From contig JAYWIR010000057.1 of NCBI GenBank assembly GCA_036172245.1, positions 496,001 through 560,000 on the forward strand: DNA of 64,000 nt. The letters run 5' to 3'. The notes under the pieces were generated by a model. The model worked only from the letters and a program-made list of their open reading frames with translations. It had not been told where the DNA came from and searched no databases. This DNA comes from Raillietiella orientalis. Lineage: Eukaryota. Shown here one piece after another: positions 1-11,300 of the stretch. How positions within the stretch are numbered: the first letter of the stretch is position 1; every line of letters begins with the position of its first letter. The position numbers and the translations under genes were made by a program.

Positions 1-3000
1 TAAGGCTGCACGCAAACCTCCTGATCTTTTGTGTGGTTCAGTCACCAAAGAAGAGCCATGAGGCTTATGTCTCATTTTCAGATGCTTGTATTGTGTTTTG
101 TACAGTGTATTATTTTGAAAACCACTTCATGTTATGGGTGTTTATCTTAAGTGGTCTATGGCATGTGCATTAGAGGCGTGAGGATAGTTGGTACTCATTA
201 CAAATAGAAAATTTGTCTTCGAAGAAAGAGCATATGTATTCATGTTATTTAGCTTTATTGGAAATGAAATTTAAATACAATTTTGGTGAATAGAAGGAGT
301 GAGGAAGTTGGGGAAAAATGCAGTCCTCAGGCTGCTTTCCAGTAAATACCCGGATCAAAAAACTAAGAATTGAGAATCAGGTCTTAACATCAGAAAGTTT
401 TCCAGCTTTTATGTTTAATGGGTGGTTACAAAATTGATTACTTGAAAATGAATTTGATCAGAATTATTCCCCATCTGTGTTTCTGATTTGCTTTATTCTT
501 TTTCGGGTATCTTGTGGTCATGTATTTCTGTTGTAACCAAGAACATTGATTTGCCAACGTATCTCATGCATTATTTGATTTATTCTACAAATGACTCGAT
601 GGAGAGAATAGGGAAAAAAATGCGAAAGGGAAGTCTGGTTGTTTAGCCATTCCAACAGAATGTTTTTATCTAAAATAGTCGGTGCAGCAGTATCATTTAA
701 CTACCGTGAACGGTTGGGTGACATTTTCGCCTTTACGTTTATGACAATTTTAGCTTCCTTGTCAGGTTTTAAATACACTTCAATAACGCGATCTGAATGG
801 GTTGAGCTTCTGCGGAGAAAAACAGGTAAATATGGGAAGTTTCAGACCGAAATCCTAATTATGCGGCCAGAAGAAGCAGTGCGAGTAGCTTTGAGGATGT
901 GCTGTGCTTGGCGACATCACTGGTTTTATAGATTTCTTCTATTAGATCCTTACATTTGTTCCTTATGAGGACTACAAAAGGATTATGAGAACCAAAAAAG
1001 AATTTATTAATGCACATCAACCAAATGCAAAATTAGAAATTCAAGATGCGATTCCAATTTCAAGAAATTTCTGTTCAATGTGAACTTTTAACGCAGAGAT
1101 TTTCTTTTCGATTTTTTTTCCAGACTTTTAGCATCATGAACTCAATTCATCTAAGGCGCCTGCATTAGTGAGTACTCAAAGATTCAGTAAACGACAACTG
1201 TGCTCGAAGAGGAACTCAGGTTCCAAAATAACAAAAGTAGGTAAGGGACGACCCCATCTCTCCTTGGTGATAGTCGGGGATTTTTTCTTTCTTTTTCTTC
1301 CGATGACTATGATATGCAAACTACAGATTGTTTCGAAGTTTCTGTTGAATTACGTACGCGAAGTAGGGACTTGATGAGCACTTTACGCAGTCACTAATAA
1401 ATTGCAGTTTCCTAAAGTATTTTTCCTCCCAAGATATCAGTAGTAAAAACTGAGTAAAATAATTCATCTAATAGTAATAAAAGGTAAGTGGTAACTCGTT
1501 GCAACAGGAGTGTGTAAAAGCCAGTTCTAAGTGATCTTATCACTGGATTGCAGAGTTCCCACGAAAAGAATTAAGCAAGGAATGAAAATTGAGAATGCGT
1601 GGCAGTTGCTGGAAATAGCGGCTATCCATCATTTGTGCATTATTAAGATATGGAAACACTGAGAACTGAGCCGTGAAATTGCGAAAGCCGAATTTTGATG
1701 CCAATTCGGAGAGAGGCAGCAGAGATTGTTTGCACACGGTTTCAGAAAGTTAAACACGAATGCTCGAAACAGCATGATTTCAAATGACATAAGCCACTGA
1801 AATCGTTCTTTAATTTGGCTAAAGCAAATTCATCGCAAAAGCAATTTTTTTCCTAAGAATTCGAAAAATTCAGGGAACATCGGCAGGCAGCAGAGGTTCT
1901 GTTTGAAATGATCATCGAAAGTAAATAGTCGTTAAATTCGACGAAAACTGATGCCAACTACTGAAAGATGGCTTTATAATGGTTGTCAGCTGTTTGAAAC
2001 ATCAATAAGTTTGCTTGACAGAAGCGGGTCCCCGTTTTAGCACATCAAAGACAGAGTCTTACAAGAAAATACGCTGAAGTCCTCATACTTTCCTCTGACC
2101 GAAAAATCAAATGCATGCGTACATATGTCTACTTCAGGAAAAAAAAAGTTCTTGTACACATAAATTCAATTGCTTGGTCGGGACGTTAATGATTTGATTC
2201 TTCATGGACACTGACAATTGCCATTTCCGTTTTCCATCACGTCTCATCATGGTAGAACTCCAAACTTGCTTTCTATTCTAATTGCACACAAAGTCACGAA
2301 AATGGAAGAAGAAATCAAAAAGAAACTACATAAAGGACGTGCAAGAACTCTTTTTGTAGAATGCTTGGACATTCTCCATCCATATTTAGTAGCGAATAAA
2401 AGTAAAATAAAAAATAAATGCTAAATTGAGTTTGCATTTGAAATTGTAACTGACTGTACATCAGATTTCTTTCTATCCGTTCATATATGTATGGATTATT
2501 TTAATGCCCTACCGAGCTATTTATTGGTATGGATGCCTTCTAGGATTCCCTTCGCATTTCTCAGAGATCACCGTTCTGTGTTCCCGCCAATTCTTTTCAT
2601 TCCTGTTGATCAGTTTCCATTTCTGTTCAATGCATCAGAATTTTCCTGTGTGCATTCTAATTTTGTTTCGAATGTTTAATACATAGTAAGAGTTGATTCC
2701 TTTTCTATGGTCTTGTCACAGTACTATTATGGTACTATGAAAGTCAATTACAATTCCTATTTGGGTAAAATAAAAAATAAAAAATGAAACGTTTAAAAAA
2801 AAACAACAACTCGTTCTGTTGTGAGAAAATAAAAGTCATCATCATCATGAATGGTCAGATAAGCGGGTTCTTGATGGCAAAATCAATCACTTAGGGATAA
2901 AGTTTTTGTACTGTGAGGCATCGGAATTTCTTCCCTCTATTGATACAAATTACTGCTGCTCTTTCTATTTTATTTTTCATGATTCTTTTAACTTTCGTTC

Positions 3001-4139
3001 TTCACCTCATTCTCCCATGACCTTTATCGTGTATAGGGAACTGTATCTTCGTTCCAATACGTTAATGGCATTTAGAAGTAAAAGTGTATCTTAACTCTCT
3101 TTTAAAGATATGCATGCTATATAAGATCCCATATAAGATATCTAAATGCATATGCCTTTTTTTTTTTTTCCCAAGATGAATTCGAGCAATAAATAAGTCC
3201 AGCATTTAAAAAACCCAGCCATGCAAATTCGGAATACTGCCATTAGATTGCTCCTGCAGTGCTGATCATGAATCAGTAAACAGATGACATCTCGTAAGGC
3301 GATTCATTTTTGCAGAAAACAACGATGCAGAATGCATCTTCTGTATGGCATTCGGGTTGACCTTTTCCCCCCTTTATCCGTCGTTTCCCCGAAACGGGCT
3401 GTTCATAAACTGAGATCCAACGAGATCATGGACTCGAGCTATCCGAAGGGAAAAACGGACAGTCGGGAACGAATCAGAGCGAAAATGCCAAAGAGGAGCA
3501 TCCCTCAGCACTCTTGTAAGATTTTCTTGAACAAGGAGTTGTGACAGAACAAGTACTGAAAAAGGGGATTTCCTGATGGCTGCGACACTTTGGTGAACTC
3601 AGACCTATCGTTTCAATGGTACAAGAAGCATGTTTGCTAGAGTGCAGCTACCTTGCTCTAGTTGCTCCTTTTAAATAAATATCACCACGAACTTAAATCC
3701 GCTGAAGGGCCTATGTCGATGAAAGTAATAGAAGTTCTTGCTTTTTCAAATCAAATGATATCCAAAGTCCCGGGACGTGCAAGTCCTTTTGACGCGCGCT
3801 CCCTGGGAATTGCATGCATGCATCGGATCAGTTCAGTGACCTCTCTCAGCTACAACTGCACGTTATTTGGACGGGAAAAGCAGAGGCCGGTGTTGCCCCT
3901 TGCACAGTTTCTTTCCTCCGTGGCTCAGCTCTGCGTAAACCATGGGGCAGAGGCAGCCGACAGCCGCAACTCCTCGTCTGCCGGTGTAAAGCAGTCGGAT
4001 GTGGCACCGCGCTGCTGCCTGTTCCATTCATTCATTCGTTTCCCTGAAGCATCACAAATGGTGAATCCAAGCACATTGTGTTTAATTAGCAATGGCGGCT
4101 CTCCTAGTGTGACTGTTTGCCGCGGAGCACAACACATCA

Positions 4140-4750
4140 TCTGTGCTGGCCCGTGACGCCGTCAGGTGATTTACCTGCACTTCTCTGAATCATCTGAAGC
4201 GGAGTGTCCCTCCTGCCGGTAGCTGACATTAGCAACTCTACCTGAAGCCTCGTTTGCGCCGACGCTACAAGTGCGCGTCTTTCGCAGAGCGGTTCCTTCG
4301 GTGCGAGGGGCAGATTCCTCCCGTCGGTCCTACGCCCTCGGGCAAAATGCTTCGACCTCAGCTGTTGCGTCCCCAGAATTTGCCACACTGCTTACTGTGG
4401 TCAACCGATTTCACGATGCGCTACGCGAAGCTGCACTCCAGGGTGCCTTCTGTCGATGCAGATGTTCAAAGGTGCTGCCAACTTGGGTGCACTTGGGGGA
4501 AGTTTTCCGAGTTATCTGTTCCAGGTAACCATGGACGGCATCAGGTGGAGTCATGGGAAACTCTTCCTGCAGAGTAATGTACCGCCTCGCTCGGGCCGAA
4601 GATTTCGAAGCCCCTGGCTTTGAAAGATGCAGGGGCCAAAACCAGTTGGTTCGCGCTGTGTCCGTCCGGATCGCGGCTGCTGTGAACGGTATCCAAGGCG
4701 GCGCAAGAGCCCTGCTGTCAAGCAGATGAAGGATGCGGGTGAAGAACTGG
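4140..4750 (-). mobile_element. Decayed L1 ORF2 C-terminal fragment
   Basis: Weak zf-RVT-like GKLPP...ICIDRRHP...AVWQILG with in-frame stops. Confidence 0.3.
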
Positions 4751-5511
4751 GAGTCTCTTTGCTTGCTGCGGCTTTTCTTCCTCCGCTGTTTCCAACGAAC
4801 CGGGAGGAAAACGAGCAAACTTGTCCGCGCAAGAAACGAAGAAGCACGGGCGAACGAGCCGACCCACTCGGCCGGCCTGGTGCTGTTTGCCACGGTCGCG
4901 AGCGGCCTCCTCCGTCAACCCAGCAGCGCGTGTTTTTTCAAGTTTTGTATTTCCCTTCCCCCCCCCCCCTCCTCTCCCTTCCTCCCCTTCTTCCCCGATC
5001 GTTCGGCGCGACTCGACTTGTCCTAATCGCGATCGCTTACCCGGCTGCCCCTGCAGCCCGCGCGATTCATCCGAGAAAAGGAAGAAAAAAAGATGAAAAT
5101 CTTCACGCAGCCGGAACAAAGCAGGAAGAGCGGAACGAAAGTTTTTCACACAGTGATCGCCGGCTCGCCTCCCGAAGAGCGCGCGGTGTGTCGTAATTGC
5201 TTGACCGTCGCCCCGCGTTTCCGTCGGAGCAATTGATGCCGAAGGACAACCGTGATGGGGAGGAGGGCAGCGGCACGTGCTGCCGGTTTCACGAGTCGGG
5301 AGCTGCCGAAGACGGGCAGCGTTTTCCCGTCGCATCCCCACTCGCCTTTCTCCATCAACAAATCGTTTGCGGGGCTTCCAGGAGCGCGGCAGCCTCCCGG
5401 TGACAGGGCGTGAGGAGTGCGGTTTTCGGAGGATCCCCGATCACGTGGCAGAACTTGGTTTCTGGCAGCGGCGCCGTTGGCAGCGAACGCGAACGGGCGA
5501 CGGAGATTCCG

Positions 5512-5800
5512 AATCATCAATTAAAGGGGTCGTCGATCAGAACGCGTGTTCGCAGATGCGACCCAATCATCAATTAATGGAGTCGTCGACTCATACAGCG
5601 TATCCGCTCGCAGGGATGATTGGCAATCATCAATTGATGGGGCCGTCGATCAGAGCAGCGTATCCGCTAGAAGGGATGATTGGCAATCATCAATTAGCGG
5701 ATAAACCTCGATTAAAACACGTGTCCGCCGCCTGCAGGAATGCTCCCCAATCATCAGTTAATGGGGCCGTAGATTCGAACAGCGTCTGCGCTGCTCGCGG
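5512..5800. repeat. Tandem array of five ~60 bp units
   Basis: AATCATCA(A/G)TT starts at 5512, 5565, 5625, 5685 and 5749 (periods 53, 60, 60, 64). Consensus is approximately AATCATCAATTAATGGGGCCGTCGATCAGAACAGCGTATCCGCT... Confidence 0.9.
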
Positions 5801-7316
5801 GGATTTCGCTTCTTCCTTCCTCTTCGGGAGGGAAGAAAAGGACGAACTTTGCGCGACGTGATGATGAATGAAATGAAGAATGCGAGGCACGCGGGTTCGG
5901 TGGTGATCCGTTCGAGCCGGAGGTGTACCCGTGGTGTATCCATGTCTTTATTTTTTTTTTTCCTTGGTGGTGTTGCTGTTCGCGGAGCCTCTGTTTGGGG
6001 GGGGAGTGCGTGTGTTTGGGTGGTGGTGGCGGCGGGGTGCGTCTCGGGGCGCTCGCCCCGTGGACCCCGGGGGGGGGGGGGGTTCATGCGGCCGTCGCAA
6101 GCAAGCGAGGGAGGGCGTCCTGGCGGTTCGCGGAACGGGAGCGGCGGGTTTCCGTCGTAGGTCCCCCCCTCCTCCTGCTCGCATCCCTTCTTCTCCCTCG
6201 ACCATCTCCTTTGCGCAGTTTCCCCCGCGAATCCGAAGGTTCAGCCCGGCGCTCCGCTGCATCGCACCCCGCCCCGGCATTTCGGCGCGGGAGTGATCTG
6301 TGGAGAGGGAAAAGAGCGGTTTCCAAGAGACCAGGAATTTCTCACGGACGACGCCGATCGATAGGGCGAGTATCGATTGTTCAGGCAAAACAAATCGAGT
6401 TGTTATTTTGCCTTCCTGTTTTGCCGGCGGGGCAATTTTCCACACATGTTTTTTTTTTTTTCCGCGGCGTTTCCGAAATTCGGAGCGTTAATTAAAGCCG
6501 GGTAATTTAAAACGAATTAGTAACTTGGTGGCAGCGTTCCCGTGCAGGTGGAGAGTAATCCCTCTGCTGGAGCTTTTAGCTGCCGACCACTGTCACCTGG
6601 AACGACACCTTTCGTCTTTTCGTTTCCGGGTAATTAAATCGATGACACAAAAGAGGAAGGAGCAAAGAGGAAAAAAAAAGGAAAAAAAGAAAAAAGGGAA
6701 TCGTAATCATATTCCAGGCTTTTTTCCTGTCACACGATATGGGGAATTTTCAGCTCCCCGCGCGTACGAGGCATCCGTCCCCACTGCAGTATCCAACCAT
6801 CATTTACGACGACAGCATGAAATATTCATCTTCAAATTGTCCGTTTCATCTGACGAAGTTCTTGATTCTTCAGTGCAGGAGGAATCCCGGTGTGGATTCT
6901 CGTGAAGCTGGCCGCATGATTCCACGCACCCTACCCTTTTTTTTTTTTTTTTGTCTACTGAAGCAGCTGATTTCGGATACAGCGGAAAATATACAGGTGT
7001 ATACACATTCATGTGTGTGTAAAAAAAAAAGTTGCTTTTGGAAGCCAAGGGAGAGGACAAAGGAAATCATCTCGGAGGTGCGTGCTTTGGCATCTGCGGG
7101 ACCGTTCAACACGGAGTCTGGACGCGAATCGGCCATAGCAGTCCTTCCCTGTCCGATCGTCAAAGGGGGAACCCATTACTGAATGGCAAGAGCATTGGCA
7201 CCCGAGCATCGTGCCGACTTCTGCCTCCGTTCCTTCGCCAGCAACACGTCGCTGTTTATCCGAGTCGATTCGAGCGCCGGAAGTGCTGGAGTTCTGCGCG
7301 CAGTCCACGGCAAGTC

Positions 7317-8258
7317 TTTTTTTGGCTGTCAAGAGTGCAGAAGAGCAGTTCGCCTCCCTAGGGGGGGGAGGGGTAACGAAGCTCTTCGATGCTGTCCACA
7401 CTACTCGAGAATGAGTGTGACTCTTCGAACTCAGGGGTAACCACGGAGGGACCATCCTATGAATCCAGGAAGGCTCTGCAGGAGGGAGTCCGTTCCTCTT
7501 ACGCTTGGCAGAGAGCCCCGAAGGGAACCGCCTCTCCCTTATTCTCTCCGGAGGGGAATCCCCAGGAGGATGCTAGCCCTCCTTTCTGCTACCGAGGGAA
7601 TCCGCAAGGGAATCGCTCCTTGTTTCCTCCTCTGAAGAGAACCCCAAAGGGAGCCGAGCGCTTCTGACACTCTGGAGAGACAACCCCCAGAGGAAGGTAT
7701 CAACCAGCTATACAGCACGCTTGGGAGGGAACCCCGAAGGGAACCCTCGCCCTGGTCGTCTCCGGAGGGATCCCCCAGAAAGGAGGGTCGCTCCTCGTTC
7801 CTGCTCAGAAGACAACCCTAAAAGGATTTGCTCCTGGAATTTCTTCTTCGGAGAAAAACTCGAAGGGACGCTTCTTAATTCCTCTAAGGGCGATTTCCCG
7901 ACTAGGGCAGCGCGCTTCTTACACTCTGGAGAGGCAAACCCTAGGGGAAATATCAACCAGCTCCATGGTGCGCTCCGTAGAACGGATCCATTTTCAAAAC
8001 CGGAGGGGAGCCCCGCAAGGAACCGGCCCTTGATCCCTGGAAGGACCCCGGAGGGCCGACTTCCAATTCCGGCTAGTCAACGGGGGGTCTCCGACTTCCG
8101 CCAGTGCCGCATCCGAAGCTTGTGGGCCACTCAGCATCATCCTGAGGGAAAAATCGAAACCCACGACGCACTCCCCATTCTCAGCGTCGCTCTTGCCCCG
8201 GGTAGGATTCGAACCCGCGACGTTTGGTGCCACGAGCGGAGACCATGGTCGTACGGTC
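7317..8258 (-). mobile_element. tRNA-related SINE, copy 1 (full length, duplicated internal body)
   Basis: The reverse complement of GGATTCGAACCCGCGAC (~8205-8221) is a B-box/T-arm GTCGCGGGTTCGAATCC. It shares the CTATGAATCCAGGAAGGCTC and ACACTCTGGAGAGGCAA...ATCAACCAGCT blocks with the other copies. A T-run at ~7317 is the A tail. Confidence 0.85.
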
Positions 8259-8299
8259 TTCAACGAGGGCGCCATCATGATCGTCAGCGGGCGGCAGAG

Positions 8300-9900
8300 G
8301 AAGACGAACTCTGAGTAGAGCGTCTCCTGTTCGAGAGCCAAGAGACAGACGTGCGACGATACTGTTTCGGGAGATGATGGATTTGGGTCGCGTCGCCTTC
8401 CGTTGCCAAGGAAACTGGAGCCTTTTTCCGTTCCTCTCGCTTTTTCCAGCTGTCAGCAGATCCGCTTGTCGAACGAGGCGGAGCCACCGACGTCAAAAAG
8501 GATGCGACACACCTCAAGGCGAAGGGAGAGCTCTTCGGGTCGCGTACAGACACCTCGAGCAGTTTCGATGCGGTTTTGAATACCAAGGAAAGGAAGGAGA
8601 GTCCCCAGTCTTTGCATCTCCACCACACGCACCATGGATACGCCTTCGTCTTGTGGAGGCATCGTCCGAAGGCACAGTCCTGTAGGTCGCCGATGCGTGA
8701 AGGATGACCGGCAGCATCCTCAAAGAGACGTGTGCCAGCATAGAAAAGTCGTTTTCATCGCGTCCGAGAGAGAGCGGGGGAAAGATGAAGGGAGGATGGG
8801 TTCTTTCGCAGCGCACCCCTTTCCTCCTTACCATTTCGGACTGGACTTTTCCTGGGGAGGAAGGGGGGGTGATGTCTTGTCCTTCCGTTCTTGACCAGAA
8901 GATCGGGACTTTTGACTCTGCCTGTGAAAACAGCACGCGCCTCCTTGCCTGCACGAAAGAAAACGAAACGCGGAAGCTTGGCAGGAGATTATCTCTCGTG
9001 CCCTCCAGGGCTAAAAACGTGCCCCCGATCGGATCGCGAGACCGGACTGGAGCAAGGAGAGACGGACGGCACAGGCATCGCAAAACCGAAGAAGAACGAA
9101 AGGCATGGATAAGCGCTCCTTGGAAGAATGTGTCTGCAAGAAGCGAGTCAGTGAGGTCTCGCAGTCAGGAGACAGAGGATCCTTCCTGAAGAACGGATCC
9201 GCGCCGTGGCTGCTGCGTGCTCCTTTTGTGCAGAGTGTGTCTTCCCCTGCGTCTTCGTGATCACTTTCAACACAGAAATTCCTGTTTAAGAAAAACCGAG
9301 GGCAGTGCTGACGCGAAACAATGGCGCGGGAGTTATACGTGGACTTACAGGCGAGCTCTGCGGCTGAATAAAACTGCATCTTCTTCGTTCTTGTTTCGCG
9401 AGACACAGAGCGAGGGTCGATGGTCCCGTGGAAAGGAGCAGCAGACGTAGTTTCCAGCTGCTTCCAGTGATTCCTCCCAGCTTCCCGTTTACGTGACCGG
9501 AGGCCCTCGTTCTTCTGCGGTCGCACAACGAGCGACAGCTGGTGATCCGTGCGGTACGAATTGGTCTCTGCGTCGAGCAGCAGGGCCGCCGTTTCGTCTA
9601 CTGTGTCAGGGTTTTACACTTTGGTCACTGGTGCTTGGTGAGAAAATAATTCCGTGATGATGAGATGAAGACGGGAGAACTGCTCGCTGTCGCCTGTTGT
9701 CAATCTTGAGAAATGGAACTATCAAGGAAGAGAATCCATCAGTCACAACGGGAAAGAAATGGTGGAATCGTGTGATACCTTCAAAACTCTAGGGCGCCAG
9801 GGCACCCTCCTCGACAGGATGGAAACGTTCTTGAGCAAAGAAACGGAGGAACCACTCCTGGCTCAGCGAGAACTCGCCTCTTCACGGGAGCTGCGAGGGT
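8300..9900 (+). mobile_element. Decayed L1 ORF2 (post-RT region)
   Basis: ILKETCASIEKSF...ISDWTFPGEEGGV in ORF 8704-9189 resembles the plant L1 IEK..FLW...W..C.PKEEGGLG motif. Confidence 0.5.
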
Positions 9901-10099
9901 CGATCCACGGACAATAAATGTTTGTGTAACAGATCAATCTTTTCTGGGGATGCGCTCTGGATTGATGATTACATGAGAAAGTTCTCCAAAAACAATAGAA
10001 AAGAATTTCTTGTTAATTTTCACTCAGTCATGCCGGGGCAAAAAGAATTTCTTGTTGATGGAAATCATTTGGGGTTCTTTTCTGTTTCGTCGCTTTCCT

Positions 10100-10765
10100 T
10101 CTTTTGTTTTGCTAAGTACACAGGAAGGGTTCGCTTGACGGCTCACGAAGCTCTCTAGAACTGTCCACGCCACCCGAGGGTGCGTATCAACTCCTGAAGT
10201 TAGGGGGTACCCGCTCTATGAATCCAGGAAGGCTCCGGGGGAAGCAGTCCGTTCCTCTCACGCTTGGTAGGGGAGCCTCGTCCTGGTTGCCTCCAAAGGA
10301 AACCTCTTCCTTACTCTTTCCGTAGGAACCCTACGGAAGGAGGGAGTCCATTCTCCGAAGGAAACCCAGAAAGCATCCGCTTGTCTTCAACTAAGGGATG
10401 CTTCGAATTTTCTCTAAAGGGCGCTCCCTGAAGGGAGTAGCGCGCTTCATAACACTCTGGAGAGGTGACCTCCCCAAGGGGGACATCAATCAGCTCCATG
10501 GTACGCTCCGTTGTACGGTTCCATTTTCACAACCGGAGAGGAGCCCCGCAGGGAACCGGTCACTTGATTCCTGGAAGGACCCTGGAGGGTCAACTTCCAA
10601 TCCCGGCCACTCAGCGGAAGCATCCAACTTCCACTAGTGCCGCACCCGAAGTCCGTGGGCCAGCCAGCGTCATCCTGCGGCGGGGACTCGGAATTCACGA
10701 CTCACTCCCCTTCTCGGTGCCGACCCTTCGTCGGGGGGGATTCAAACCCGTAGCACTTGATACCA
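10100..10765 (-). mobile_element. tRNA-related SINE, copy 2
   Basis: Contains GCTCACGAAGCTCT...CCACGCCACCCGAG and CTATGAATCCAGGAAGGCTCC, and ends GGATTCAAACCCGTAGCACTTGATACCA. T-rich tail on the left. Confidence 0.85.
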
Positions 10766-10879
10766 AAATTTCTGGAAAAGTATGGGGAAAAAAATGCCTC
10801 ATTTTCCACATTCGTTTCTAATTTCTACGATCTTCCGTTTATATGTTGTTGGAACGCTCGCCGCAGGTAACTTACGGCA

Positions 10880-11300
10880 AATATTCTCAGGTGGATGACG
10901 CTGAAAAGGAACGGAGAGGTTTCCTCCTCTTAAAAATCATGGAAAAGATCATCTTGGTTAAGCACCCGCAGCCATGGAAACCATAACGAGGTACGGGCGA
11001 GTTAGGAAGAGCAAGGCGATAATCGTCTCTGGTTATGTCCTTTGGATCCCACGCCACACCTTCATCTAAACGCTGCCGAAGATTCATGATCTCAGCTGGT
11101 TAAACAAGAAACCAAGAGTGTGCGAGGTGCATACGGGGAGAAGTTGCCGCAGGGTATGCTCGAGAATCGAGGAATCCCCTTCTCCCTCTTGCTCCCCCCA
11201 AAGCGGCTACACTTGCAACCAATAATCGGGAAAGGCCACGAGGGACGATTCGGTGAGAGTGAAATGGCAAGTCATAGCAGTGCATGAAAACCAAAAAGTA
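10880..11300 (-). mobile_element. Decayed L1 RNase H (RVT_3-like) fragment
   Basis: WPFP/PDYWLQV...FGGSKREKG...EIMNLRQRLDEGVAWDPKDITRDDYRLAL resembles W.PP...GG..R..G...AE..A...GL..A...G....E.D. Confidence 0.55.

Noticed and set aside
2..61. Possible last codons of an upstream gene (KAARKPPDLLCGSVTKEEP*) followed by T-rich 3' UTR-like sequence
   Set aside because: Too short, with no recognisable homology; it cannot be supported from this window.
5512..5800. CRISPR-like repeat-spacer array
   Set aside because: The sequence between the cores is itself homologous, there are no cas genes, and the context is eukaryotic.
6903..6923. miR167-like sequence TGAAGCTGGCCGCATGATTCC
   Set aside because: About four mismatches to miR167 and no complementary star arm nearby.
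10877..11095. Apparent minus-strand exon with AG acceptor and GTAAGT donor
   Set aside because: There is an in-frame stop before the donor, and the peptide is better explained as a decayed L1 RNase H.
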